A stretch of DNA of 64,000 nucleotides, from the NCBI RefSeq assembly GCF_964355755.1, contig NC_092676.1, positions 30,212,871-30,276,870 on the forward strand. Direction: 5' to 3'. This DNA is from Antedon mediterranea. Lineage: Eukaryota > Animalia > Echinodermata. Shown here piece after piece: positions 15,301 through 27,300 of the stretch. The notes below the pieces were generated by a model that was given only the letters and a program-made list of their open reading frames with translations, was not told where the DNA came from and made no database searches. A program made the translations under genes and the position numbers. The stretch's first letter is position 1; every line of letters starts with the position of its first letter.

Positions 15301-18300
15301 TTAGATCATCTAAGGTGCATCTAATGGATTTTAACTTTATTAGAAAAAAAATGATGGTGGACTGTGACCAGAGCTTTAAAAAGACCAAAATGTCGGACTG
15401 TAACCAGAGATTTAAAAAGACCAACATGTTTTTACTAAATGTGATCATCGTATTTAAATAATGTTAGTATGTCATGCTAACTGTCACAGTCATGTGTTTT
15501 ACATTCCTGATGTGACTATATAATAATTAGCACATTAATGTTAATGTGTTTCGTTTATTATTTTCAAAGCTTAGATACAGTGGGATAACGCAGAGGCCTG
15601 AGACACCTGGTTTTTACCATTTTTCGACATATTTTAAAGCCCGTTTTTAATATAATATAAATTGAAGTTAATACTTATAAATTAATTCCAAAACATTTTT
15701 TGTGTGTGCATGTAGAAAATAAGCGTGCCAATCAATAGTGTGAATGAAAGATTGAATAGTTCTTTCCTTTAACAAGATACTTATAGATTTGGACAACCAG
15801 GTGTAGATTGCCACGAGAGACATGATAGTGATGTGGCCATTATTCAAATTATGTTCCTCATCAATGAGGTAAGTTTAGTAATCTAAACATCTTTATAAAT
15901 CCAAGATTACAAAGCTCTGTCTTTTCTCAAACTTTATATGACAAATAAAATGTGATGTGCCCATATATGGACATGATGATGTCATATTACTATCATATTT
16001 GTGCATATTACTGTAGTTTAAGATTTAATGTGTTACTATTATTTTTATATTTTAGTTTAATATGTACTATTGTACCCAGGGCCCCAAGGGAGACCAGTCT
16101 TTTTGACTGATTGGGCCACCCTGGTTAAATATTGTTAATAAATAAATAAATATTAGTTATTACTACTATATTTGTGCACATCAAAATAGTGCAGACAGAG
16201 CTTTATATTTTTTACCTTTGGAGAAAGTGAATATATTATTATACAGTAAATGCATAACAATATCTAGATATTTTTTAAAAAGATTTATATTCATGATGAA
16301 TGTTGTCATTTCAGGGTGCTCTTGTTACTGTGTGTGCTGATAACAGTCTTAACATGTGGAACTTGCGCCAGAAGAGGCCTGCTATATTACACTCTCTCAA
16401 ATTCAATAAAGAAATGTAATTATACTGCTTATATATGTCAAACAATTGTATTGACATTAGGTATACTATATGACGATATTTGGTGGCCTTTGTTTGAACT
16501 TGGTACCCGGCCCACTTCCACCCCCAACTGAAGTGTATCCATGATTAATTATCATTACACTAATATACCTAACCTATCTTAGAAAAACCCACACATCACA
16601 ACTAAATATTATTATTGTTAAACACAAATGTGCGTAACATGTCTTCTTTACATTGACTGTCTGTATCTTTATTATAAAGTAATAGAGACTTGGCTATTGA
16701 GGCAACTTAATTCCACAAAGACAACTTTGTTCATATTATTATACCATGTATATTGTCAGCTTAATATTACAATAACAACCACCCATAGTATCCTATAACA
16801 TTTCCATACAAAAATCAATTTATTCCAGGGAAACTAATATGATGATTATGTTTTGATTGCACAGTCCACTTACAATTGCAAGCAAAATTATCAATTTACC
16901 TGAATAAAAATTAGATTTCCTTTTGCCAATTATTGTAAACTATATTGGTATAAAGATAATTGTTTATTTGTTATTGTTTCTTAATGGCACTCTGCATTTA
17001 GTCATTAAGCATCCATTCCAGGTTTAATCAGTATTAAAGATGGTTGAATTCTAATTTTTCTATAGATTATTATTTTGAAAAGGTTCCCATAGTCTTAAGC
17101 TCCTTTTTACTTCACTTCACTTTATGTGACAAAAAATGTAATGTGCCCATGTATATGGACATGATGATGTCATATCACTACCGTATTTGGACACATCACA
17201 CTTTTTTGTCAAACTAGTTTGATATTGTAGACAAAACTTAATTTTAAGAAATATTGTAAAAATGTAAGTGTTTATTTTGTTTTTTCAACCTTACATTACA
17301 AATTTGATATAGCGCTCTTAGAATGAAACCATTATCAAAAGCGCTGTACATTGAAATTATGTTCTATTTGTTGGAAAAGAAACGCTTTTTTCAACATGGC
17401 CTTATTAAGTGTCACTGAACATAAGAGGATAAGTAAGGACATAACAAAACAATTTGTTTTTATTTCTTTTCAGCATCACATATTGCCACATACCATTTCA
17501 AAGTAAATGGTTTTATATTGGAACAGAAAGAGGCAACATTCACATTGCTAACATTGAGTCATTCACTCTATCAGGATATGTTATCAACTGGAATAAAGCC
17601 ATAGAATTGTAAGTGATATGTATACTTTTGATTCATATAATTGCATACCTCAAAACAAAATGGTAAAATTATAAAACTATATCAAACGATTGTTGATGCT
17701 TTAAGTAGAAAATAAACAGATGACACATGATTCAATACATTGATAAATAAAATTGGGTTGTTTTCCACAAAAGAAAAGCAAAATGTATATACTTCCATCC
17801 CATATCTTACTTCTCCCTCTTCTCATTCCTCCACTTTTTTGTAAAGGAAACAAAATGAAATAGATATTGCCAAATTCTGTATTGATCTAATTTTTGTGCC
17901 GTCTAATTTTAAACATTTTGGTTGAATTAACAATTTTATGTCCTATTTTCCTGATTTTTATTAATTTTTTTTAATAAACAATTCTTTTAATTTAGTATTA
18001 TGTTTTTCTTTCATTGTGACTGTTGTTAAAATTTATATTCCAAATGATGTAAGTTCACAGAAATTAAATATTGAATTTTATACATTTTTCTGAATTATAT
18101 GGTGTTGGCATAAGTATTTGTTTTATCATAGAGATATTATTCACTATAATATCTCTATGGTTTTATGCACCTTGCTTGATACCCTATGCTTGAGTGTAAT
18201 TCGGTTAAGGGCAAAAGATTATATCTTGGTAACAATGAAACTATCAGCAATATGTGGTTGGTTTTGTGTGCACATTTCATGTTACAATTCTGGAAAGAGG

Positions 18301-21300
18301 GTTTAGTTTTTTTGTTATGGTAATGCAATGTTAATGGTACACTAGGCAATCCCAGATTGAATGTAAAAACAGTTTTGGTTTTTAACATAGGATTATGTAT
18401 TTAAGCTTGCTATTTACACATCATTATGGTCTAACACAAAATAATGTTAATGTTTATGCTTAATAGTTATTGTAACACTGACCCTTACAAGACCCCATCT
18501 AGTTAGTTTGAATTTGAACAGATAGTGCTGATAATACTACATACAGGGATGGATCCAAGGGGGTGCCCAGCCCAATTTTAATGCAAAAGATAGGACATTA
18601 AGTTAAACTCATCCTCATTACACCATTTTTAGGCCCTGGGCCCACCCTATTTCAAAATCCTCAATCTGCCACTGATATACTTAAAATCTACAAGTATATT
18701 TGATTTTTCTTATTTCTACTGAAATATAGCCATTTTATAGACAACCTTCATTATATTCTCAGGACATGAACTTAATATTTATGAGTATCTAAAATGTCAC
18801 ATCAAGCTGTTTGTGTGAAGTATATCTTTCTTTATTACAGATCCCGTAAGACATTGCCAGGTCCAGTTATTCACTTAAGTGATTGCCCTACTGATCAAAA
18901 CAAGGTATGCTTATTCTTGCTTGTAACCTGCTTAAATTGACGTTATATCTTAAAGCTCTGTCCACACTATCAAACTTTATATGACAAAAAATGTAATGTG
19001 CCTATATAGGGACAGGATGATGTCATATCACTACCATATTTAAGCATATCCCTACCATATTTGGGCATGCCACATTTTTTTTTGTCAAACTAGTTCGATA
19101 GTGTAGACAAAGCTTAAAAATGTCTTTGATATTCTTTTGTTTCGCTTTAAATGAAAGACTTTTCGTGAAAGAGTTGGCAGCCATTGATTGAATCAATTAT
19201 TGATTTTTTTTTTTTATGCTTTTAAATGATTTTATAGTTGTTGATTGGCTTTGAATCTGGTACTGCTGTAATCTGGGACCTCCGTACCAAAGCAGCTGAG
19301 AATCGTTTTAATGGAGCTCAGCCGATACGCTCAATAAGCTGGCACTTTGAGGGACGTCAGTTTATGTGCAGCCATACAGATGGCTCATTAAGCTGTTGGG
19401 ATATCAAGTCTCCTTCTAAGCCAATCAGCGTCACTTATCCACATGGTAAGCAGCAGTTCAATTTCTCTTTATTTATCTCATAAACAAACAAAACACAAAA
19501 AAGGAGTAAAACAAATTTTTTAAAAGATGAAAGGGACCTTGAGCATACTTCATGCCTTGAGGAAACCACAAGGGGCTTGTGATAGGAGGCCAACTAAAAA
19601 CTAGTTACATTAAGATACCGTAATTGCCGAATAGATCATGATAGAACCAACAGGGAACTTGCATCGTTAGGGAATACCATTTTAACCTGGGTAAACAAAG
19701 TAAGTAATAATTTAAAATAAAAAAGAATTAATACTAAAGAATCACTAACGGGTTTGAATAAATAAAATGTTTACAAACTTTTTTTTTAACCAGGGAAAGT
19801 AGCAGTGAAAGGTGGTAAACCAGTGGACCCATGTGCACCAATTATGAAGGTGGAATGGAAATCTGCTAAATTAGGGTAAAGCATTCTCTTTTTTCATTGC
19901 TTTGTAGTCAATTGCACAATTACCAGATATGTTACCTTAAGCTCTGTCTACACTATCAAACTTCATGTGATGTACATATATATTATCATTATTATCAAAA
20001 TTTATAAAGCGTCAATTCAAAGACCGACAGGATGATGCCATATCACTACCCTATTTAGGCACATCACACTTTTTTTGTCAAACTAGCTTGATAGTGTAGA
20101 CAGACCTTTAAACATAACAGTGACACTCTGAATTAAATCCAATTAAACAACTTGGATGAATTATAGCAATATATTAAATTATATTGTGCCTTAATTTCAG
20201 TGAGCCTTATGTGATATTCTCCGGAGGTTTATGCCAAGAAAAGGGGGGAACAGGAACCCCTTGTGTGACCATCATTCAGGGCAAGAATACCACAGTCCTT
20301 GAGATGGAGTATCCGGTCATTGACTTTGTAAGCCTGTGTGAAACACCATGGCCAAGTGGTAAGTACATACTTAGTTGCATCTTACTTGTTTGTTTAAAGA
20401 ATAATTAGCAAGAAATCATATTAAAGGAAAGGAACACCCTGGGCTAAATGTGCCACTGTGCTTATAGATAAATGTAATAAAAACATGATTACAATGGTTC
20501 AAGGTACAATAGTAAGCAATTTAGTTAAAAAATAGACTTTTAAACGACAAAATATCGGAAATTGAACAGCGCCATTTTGACAGGTTAAGAGCAATTATGT
20601 GACGTCAGATTAGGTGGACGCATTCAAGCAAATCCAAGCGCCCATCGTCTTAGTACAGTATTTCAATATGGAAGTGCGGGATATAACCATAAATAAAATC
20701 AATTAAATAGCCTAACATACCTAATATTTTCGGAATATGGCTTGGAGTTTTTATAATTCAAAAAATTTGGAACCAGAATATACAGAAAGAGAGTTAGTTT
20801 TGCGTCGTGCTGATGAGGAAAAAAGAAGAAAAGAAGAACATTCTCGAGCATAACAAGCCGTCGAAGAATGGTGTATATTCGGCCAGTGTATCTGTACTGT
20901 ATGCCTTACTAGGCCTAGAACTCGTGTTGAACGAAAATAAAGTAGACACTGCATCGTCAACCAACAGCCTCCGTTTCGAAGGTTTGCCAGTTAATTCCCC
21001 TACCAAATCCCGTTTGAAACAGCTAGGCAATAAAAGTAACAATAGATTAACAATAGCTGAAAGATTTACGAATTGGCTTGCAGAAGAAAAGATCGATCGA
21101 AGGTTTGTTTACCAAGCCAGCGCATGCTCATACCGTGTCATCGCCGTCCTGCATGACCGCATGTCGCGTTATTAGCCAATCATATTAGCGGATTCGCTTA
21201 GCCAATAGAAGCGCTGAATGCAACCGCGAATCTTAAAATTTTCGTCGGCCGTATCTGACGTCACAAACAGGCTGCCATGAGCACAAGATGGCGATTTTCA

Positions 21301-24300
21301 AATGTCTTGAAAACAGCTTTAAAATCCTGTTTACTAGAAAACTACAAATCCGATTTAAACATAAATTGTGCTGAATATTAAGTTGGTAGGGTTACTTTTA
21401 TAATAGTTAGGTAAGATATTAGGGTGTTCCTTTCCTTTAAAATGAAAAAAGGTTGATTTATAAATGTTTGTTGTTGTTTAGCAGAGAACCAAGACCCTCA
21501 TGCCATACTAGTGTTGTTGAACAATGACTTAGTAGTGATTGACCTCATGTCACCAGGGTAAGTACATACTAGTGTTGTTGAACAATGACTTAGTAGTGAT
21601 TGACCTCATGTCACCAGGGTAAGTACATACTAGTGTTGTTGAACAATGACTTAGTAGTAATTGACCTCATGTCACCAGGGTAAGTACTCTTCTCACTTAT
21701 CTTTTGTTTTAAAGTGATAAGAATTAGGAAAAATACCAATAAATTAAACTCTCTTAGCACTTTTAAGTGTTAAAACACCTTTGTGTGACCTAATATGTCT
21801 GTTTTCCAAAAATTATGGTATTTCAAATGTGTTTTTAATAGTAAAATAAAATAAGTCTAATTTTGGAAGTTTTTCCAGACTGGTATAGTTGGTTCTGTTT
21901 ATTGTGTAGATATCCATGTTTTGAGAACCCATACCCAATGGATTTACATGAATCGCCCGTGACATGTGTACAATACTTTGCTGATTGTCCCGCTGATCTG
22001 ATACCTGTCCTCTACTCTGCCGGATCCAACAGTAGCAGAAAAAAGACATCTTATAGTAAAAAGGTAAGTCTACAATCAGTTTAATAGTTGAACTGTAATC
22101 TGTAGCAAGAGAAAATGAATCAAGTGTGGTACTAATGAAGTAGTCTTATACTAAATGCTATTTGTTATTACAGAATTGGCCAATAAAAGGTGGACAATGG
22201 GGCACTGGTGGAAGTAGTGACCAAGAGATCATTATTACTGGGTAAACATTCATGTAATATGTTAAAATGACAATTATACATAATAAATATGTTCCATAAA
22301 TGATGATATAACTCCTTTCAGCAATTTACTGTAACTGTAACATTGAATTTTCATTTCTTGACTAAAGCTCTGTCTACATTATCAAACTTTATGTGACAAC
22401 AAAATGTGATGTGCCCATATATGGACATGATGATGTTATATTACTACCATATTTGGGCATCACACTTTTTTTGTTAAACTAGTTTGATTGTGTAGACAGA
22501 GCTCAACTTTGGTTAGTATACCCAGCAGATGAACTTCAAAAGATAAAATATATTAATAAAATGTAATATTAAGGAAGGTTGTGCCTGTCCACCCCATCAC
22601 CATTGTATTGAATATATAATTAATTTTAATCAATATTTTGTTTGTTTTTGTATCAAAGCCATGCAGATGGATCATTGAAATTCTGGGATGCATCCCAAGG
22701 TAGGCATTGAAATTGTTATAGTTTAAAAGTGAACCAAACACGTTATCTTTACAGTGACTAAATCTCTAAACTATCAAACTAGTTTGACAATCATAAGAGT
22801 GATGTGCCAAAATATGGTAGTGATATGACATCATCACATCCATATTTTCATTTCATTTATTTATTCGAACACAATCAGGCAAGGGGTTGCAACAGCAACA
22901 ATGCGCCATAACAAGTGAGTGTCCGCAACCCCTACAACAAACTTCAAAATACAATTATAAAAATAATAAAAAATGTGTAATATATGGCACATCATATTTT
23001 TGTGTCACATAAAGTTTGATAGTGTAGACAGAGCTTTAGAATTAAACTGTTATATTTGTCATAGAATTTCAATCAAAAACAATTTGTTTTTACAGTGACA
23101 TTACAAGTACTCTACAAATTAAAAACAGCCAAGGTTTTTGAAAGAGGCAAACAGCATAAGAGTCTGGATGGTGATGAAGAACCGTATGCTGTACAGAAGA
23201 TTACCATGTGTCCTGACAGTCGTATTCTGTTAGTAGCTGGTGCCAGTGGACACTTGCTGCTCTATAGGTTCAGTAAGCTGGAGGCATCTTGTGAGATTAC
23301 GGTGAGTATGTCTTTGTCTTTCTCGTATGCTGGTCTTTGTCTTTCTCGTATGCTGGTCTTTCTTTCTCTTTCCTGCTCTGGCAAATAACAAAAAAAAACA
23401 AATTTATCTGTTTATCCACTGGTAAGCAGCACTCGTACTACGCCACTCTTGGTTTGTGTAATATATCTTTCTTACAGTCAGGTTGGCTGTTTTTACATTA
23501 AATTGATGTAGTGGCACAGTGTCTTGATAGTTGACATGCTTGCTTTCCATCCCAGAGTTCAAATCCTAGTTTTTCTGAAGACCATTACAGTGGCATTTAC
23601 TAAAGTCCCATATGAAACTTGGTTTAGAAAGCATGGGTTTCCCAGTCAACTCATTAGTGGAGGTTGTTATCTCTTTCACTTGGATTGAAGAATTTAAAAA
23701 GAAAAAACAGATAGATCTAGTGTATTTTGATAGGATTTTATAATTATTTATTTTGATTAATAAATTTCTGGCCAGAGTTTGGAAATATCAATTGTGTACG
23801 AAGTAGAGGATCCAGATACACCTGAGACGGAACTACCACCGATGCCAACTCCAAACTCACTCAAGCGTAACACAAGTACCCTCAGCGCTGAGAGCACAGC
23901 GGGTATTTCAAACAACGTACCACCACCAGCAGCCCCACCAAGTCCAAACCCCAGCACCGGTGCTCACAAACCAAGTACCAGCTCTGGTGAAGGTATGCGA
24001 GATGGTGTTCCGAATCTGAAAGTAAAATCAGGCCTTCAGAAATATACAATGGGATATCAACCAGACCTTTGCTGTCAGTTACTTTGGACCGAAGGAGAAC
24101 CACCGCCGCTTGTAACATGCCTTCAAATTAACTCATTCTACGGTTTGTAAGTGGAGTTTTCTTATGTACATTTATGAATATTCATAACTATTTACATTTC
24201 TTAAATATTACTATGCTTTTTAATATTGATATGGTGGTATAGTCATTGTAGTGTGATAATTAAATAAAGTTTAAAAATTAAAAACTATTTTTTAAAACTA

Positions 24301-27300
24301 TACGTTGTATAATCGTTCAGAATTGCATTCATCAGCTTCAATCATATTTTTTGGAAGAGTTGCAACAATTTATAGTTGTAGTATAGTAGAATTATTTGAA
24401 CTGTATACTCGTTCAGAATTGCGTTTGGTACTGTGAATGGTCTTGTAATAGTGGATTACATACAGAAGACCTGCTTGCTTCACATGGGTACGCCAAATCT
24501 TTACGGCTCTGCTGACCCGTATCAGCGCACTCCGAGGTCACCTAAGAAACCCAAAGTTCCACAAAGTCTTGGAGATATTGTTGAACAACTGACGGATTCA
24601 GAACGGTCAAGACAAGCTACAGGTGCAGTAGCTGCAGCTGAACAGGTCAGTTAACTATGGTCAAGTTTGGTCAAGACCTGCATTGAATTATACATTTAAT
24701 GGCCACCTGAACACACTGTAGATTTTCTTTTGTAACTGAATATACTGGGTATAGGGTGATCTTGCATAATTAAAAAAATTTAAGCTCTGTCTACACTATG
24801 AAACTTTATGTGACAAAAAATGTGATATGCCGATAAATGGAAATGATGATGTCATATCACTACTATATTTGGGCACATCACTACCATTTTTGGGCACATC
24901 CCATTTTTTTTTGTCAAACTAGTTTGATAGTGTAGACAGAGTATTCGTTAAGATACAATTTAATAGATCTAATTACTAGTAAACATCATTTGGTTTTTTG
25001 CTTTGTTTTAGCCAAATGGAATTTGTGTCAGTCCAACTGGTAACAACTCAAAGAAGATGAAATCTGTGACTGATGGTAAACTAACTAGGAGTAAGTCTCA
25101 AACTTCATCCCGAAGAGTGACCAAAACACAATCGAATCCATGCGACACAGGAGCTAATGGGGATAGAGATAAGGACAGTGCGGATGCTAGCGGAGTTGGA
25201 GGAATATTTAGCGGCCTCTTAAGTCAGTCACGCAGTACATTTTCCTTATTTGGAAGTCAAGGTCTCACCCTCCAGTTTGTCCAATATTATCTTCATTTTT
25301 CATTTTCATTTCATTTTTTGAAAAAGAAAACCAAAACATTTTTCATTCAAATTTTTTATTTTTTTTTTTCGCCAAAGAAAACGTTTCATTTCAAACGCAT
25401 GTGCCATGTCTTGATCAAAAGAGAAAGAAAAACATCATTTAAAAAAATATATACAAGAAATAAAACAGGAAAAAAAACAGCAAAGCACATCTATCAGTCA
25501 ATTTATTACTATCTTAAATACATCTTGCATTTTGCAAAAATTCTTGCATGCATATTTATATTAATTGACCTGACCTTGAATGACCTGACCTTGAATCAAT
25601 CTTTTGTTGGCATTTATATTGGATTATTAATTTAAATATTTGAATGCTACGTAATAATGAAATTGTGAATAAATTTAGTTGTATTGGAATAATAAAAATG
25701 TCTCATAAATACAAACATTTCAAATAAAAACTATAAAACACATATTAAACACTTTTGGTGAAAAGAATTTAATTTGTACGCTTAATATGTTGATTCAAAT
25801 AATGATTTTGAAATATATATATAATTTTTTTCAACGTAATAATTATGCCTTTTGTAATACCTTATAATCTGATTGTAAATTGATTTATATAAGTATAATA
25901 TAATACTGAATTTACGTGTTTACTTATAACAGCTTAGAACTAACAGCAATATAACATAATAATGCTTATTCGTACTCAAACTTAAATATGATGATAATGT
26001 AATTTCTTAATAATAATTTTAGAATTATAATATGCAATAGCTTGCATTGTACAGTGTAGCACTAATAACATCTTATTCTATTATAATAATACTAACGCAT
26101 TCAACATACACAAATCATTCTCATTACTATTATATATTAATCTCATTCTATAGCATGTGGCATTTTACATTACTGCGCTTTATAAATCATTTTTATAGTA
26201 TTCATTTTAGCATGCATTCATTTTTATTTTGTACTTTTCAATTGAATTTATATATCTTCCATATTTCATTTTTTTTTTTATAAATTATATGATTCTATAA
26301 CTTTTTAATTTTGAATCAATACATATAGAAAAGGTTAATCTCTAAAGCATTAAAATAATAATTCAAACATCGGTAAAACTATAAATTACATTTTTTTTTC
26401 AAGCTGCTTTCCTTTTTTATCGCTTAATCTTTTAATTTGCTTTTTGGAAGATAAAAATATTTTCGCAGATTTATATTTTGCTTTTACCATGCAGTCATTT
26501 CAGTACCATTTCAAGATGTATTGTCTGAATTATGACTAATTTAAACTGTTCAATCATTAATATAATAATAATAATTTCTAAGGTTGATTTAATCACCTTA
26601 TTTCAATAAATTGTTGTAAAGCTCTGTCTACACTATCAAACTTGACAACAAAATGTAATGTGCCCATATATGGATATGGTGATGTCATATCACTACCACA
26701 TTTGGGCACATCACACTAGTTTGTTAGTGTAGACAGAGCTTAAGGGTTGAGCAGGGTAAACTATATGACAGACAATACTTCTTATCACAAATAATGATAC
26801 AGTAAATCTTCATCTCAGTGGCAGCAAGATGGCACCTATGCTTAACATGGTTACTTTCTCTTCTTCACCGTCAATATTGATGAATGAAGATAATTTGCAT
26901 AACTGGAGGGAACTTTGATTATTCCATGCACTATATTAATTGGAGTCCTTTCACCTGTGTCTGTATATTCCTTATCACTGTTTTGGCTTTCTCCACAATT
27001 TGCTATGTTGGCATTATGACTGGTAAAACACTTGGAATTCTCCTTATTTGTCCACTCTGTCTCCGTCTTCGTCGTCGCTTCTTCCTCTGTTATTATCCAC
27101 TAATATTGGATGTACTATTTGCACTATTACATTTTATTGCAAATGTTGTACCCATATTTGGTTACTGTCTTTCCATTTATGGTCATTTTACTAATATGGG
27201 TATATTACAGTTTGTGATAATTTATAATAATAGTATGAAACTGCTATATAAGGCGTTATCTACAGTTGGAACTTTATTTTTACTGCTTGTAGGCTAACAA

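Larger units (their letters stand above)
5305..15786 (+). other. U12-type (minor spliceosome) GT-AG intron 2 of tomosyn, ~10.5 kb
   Basis: The 5' site GTATCCTTTA at 5305 fits the U12 consensus. Branch-like TTCCTTTAAC at 15764-15773 lies 13 nt before the end of the AG (15786), with no polypyrimidine tract between. Splicing restores GSLR-I-FGQPGVDC. Confidence 0.9.

Noticed and set aside
390-19200. Many short AT-rich ORFs in the supplied track
   Set aside because: Often non-ATG starts, Phe/Ile/Tyr/Lys-biased and mostly intronic. Only the parts overlapping the mapped exons are credible.
20807-21175. 122-aa ORF inside the Kolobok-like element
   Set aside because: Non-ATG start and no THAP, DDE or other recognisable motif.
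23505-23640. tRNA gene (A-box and GTTCAAATCC B-box-like motifs)
   Set aside because: No cloverleaf can be folded; at most a decayed tRNA-derived SINE head.
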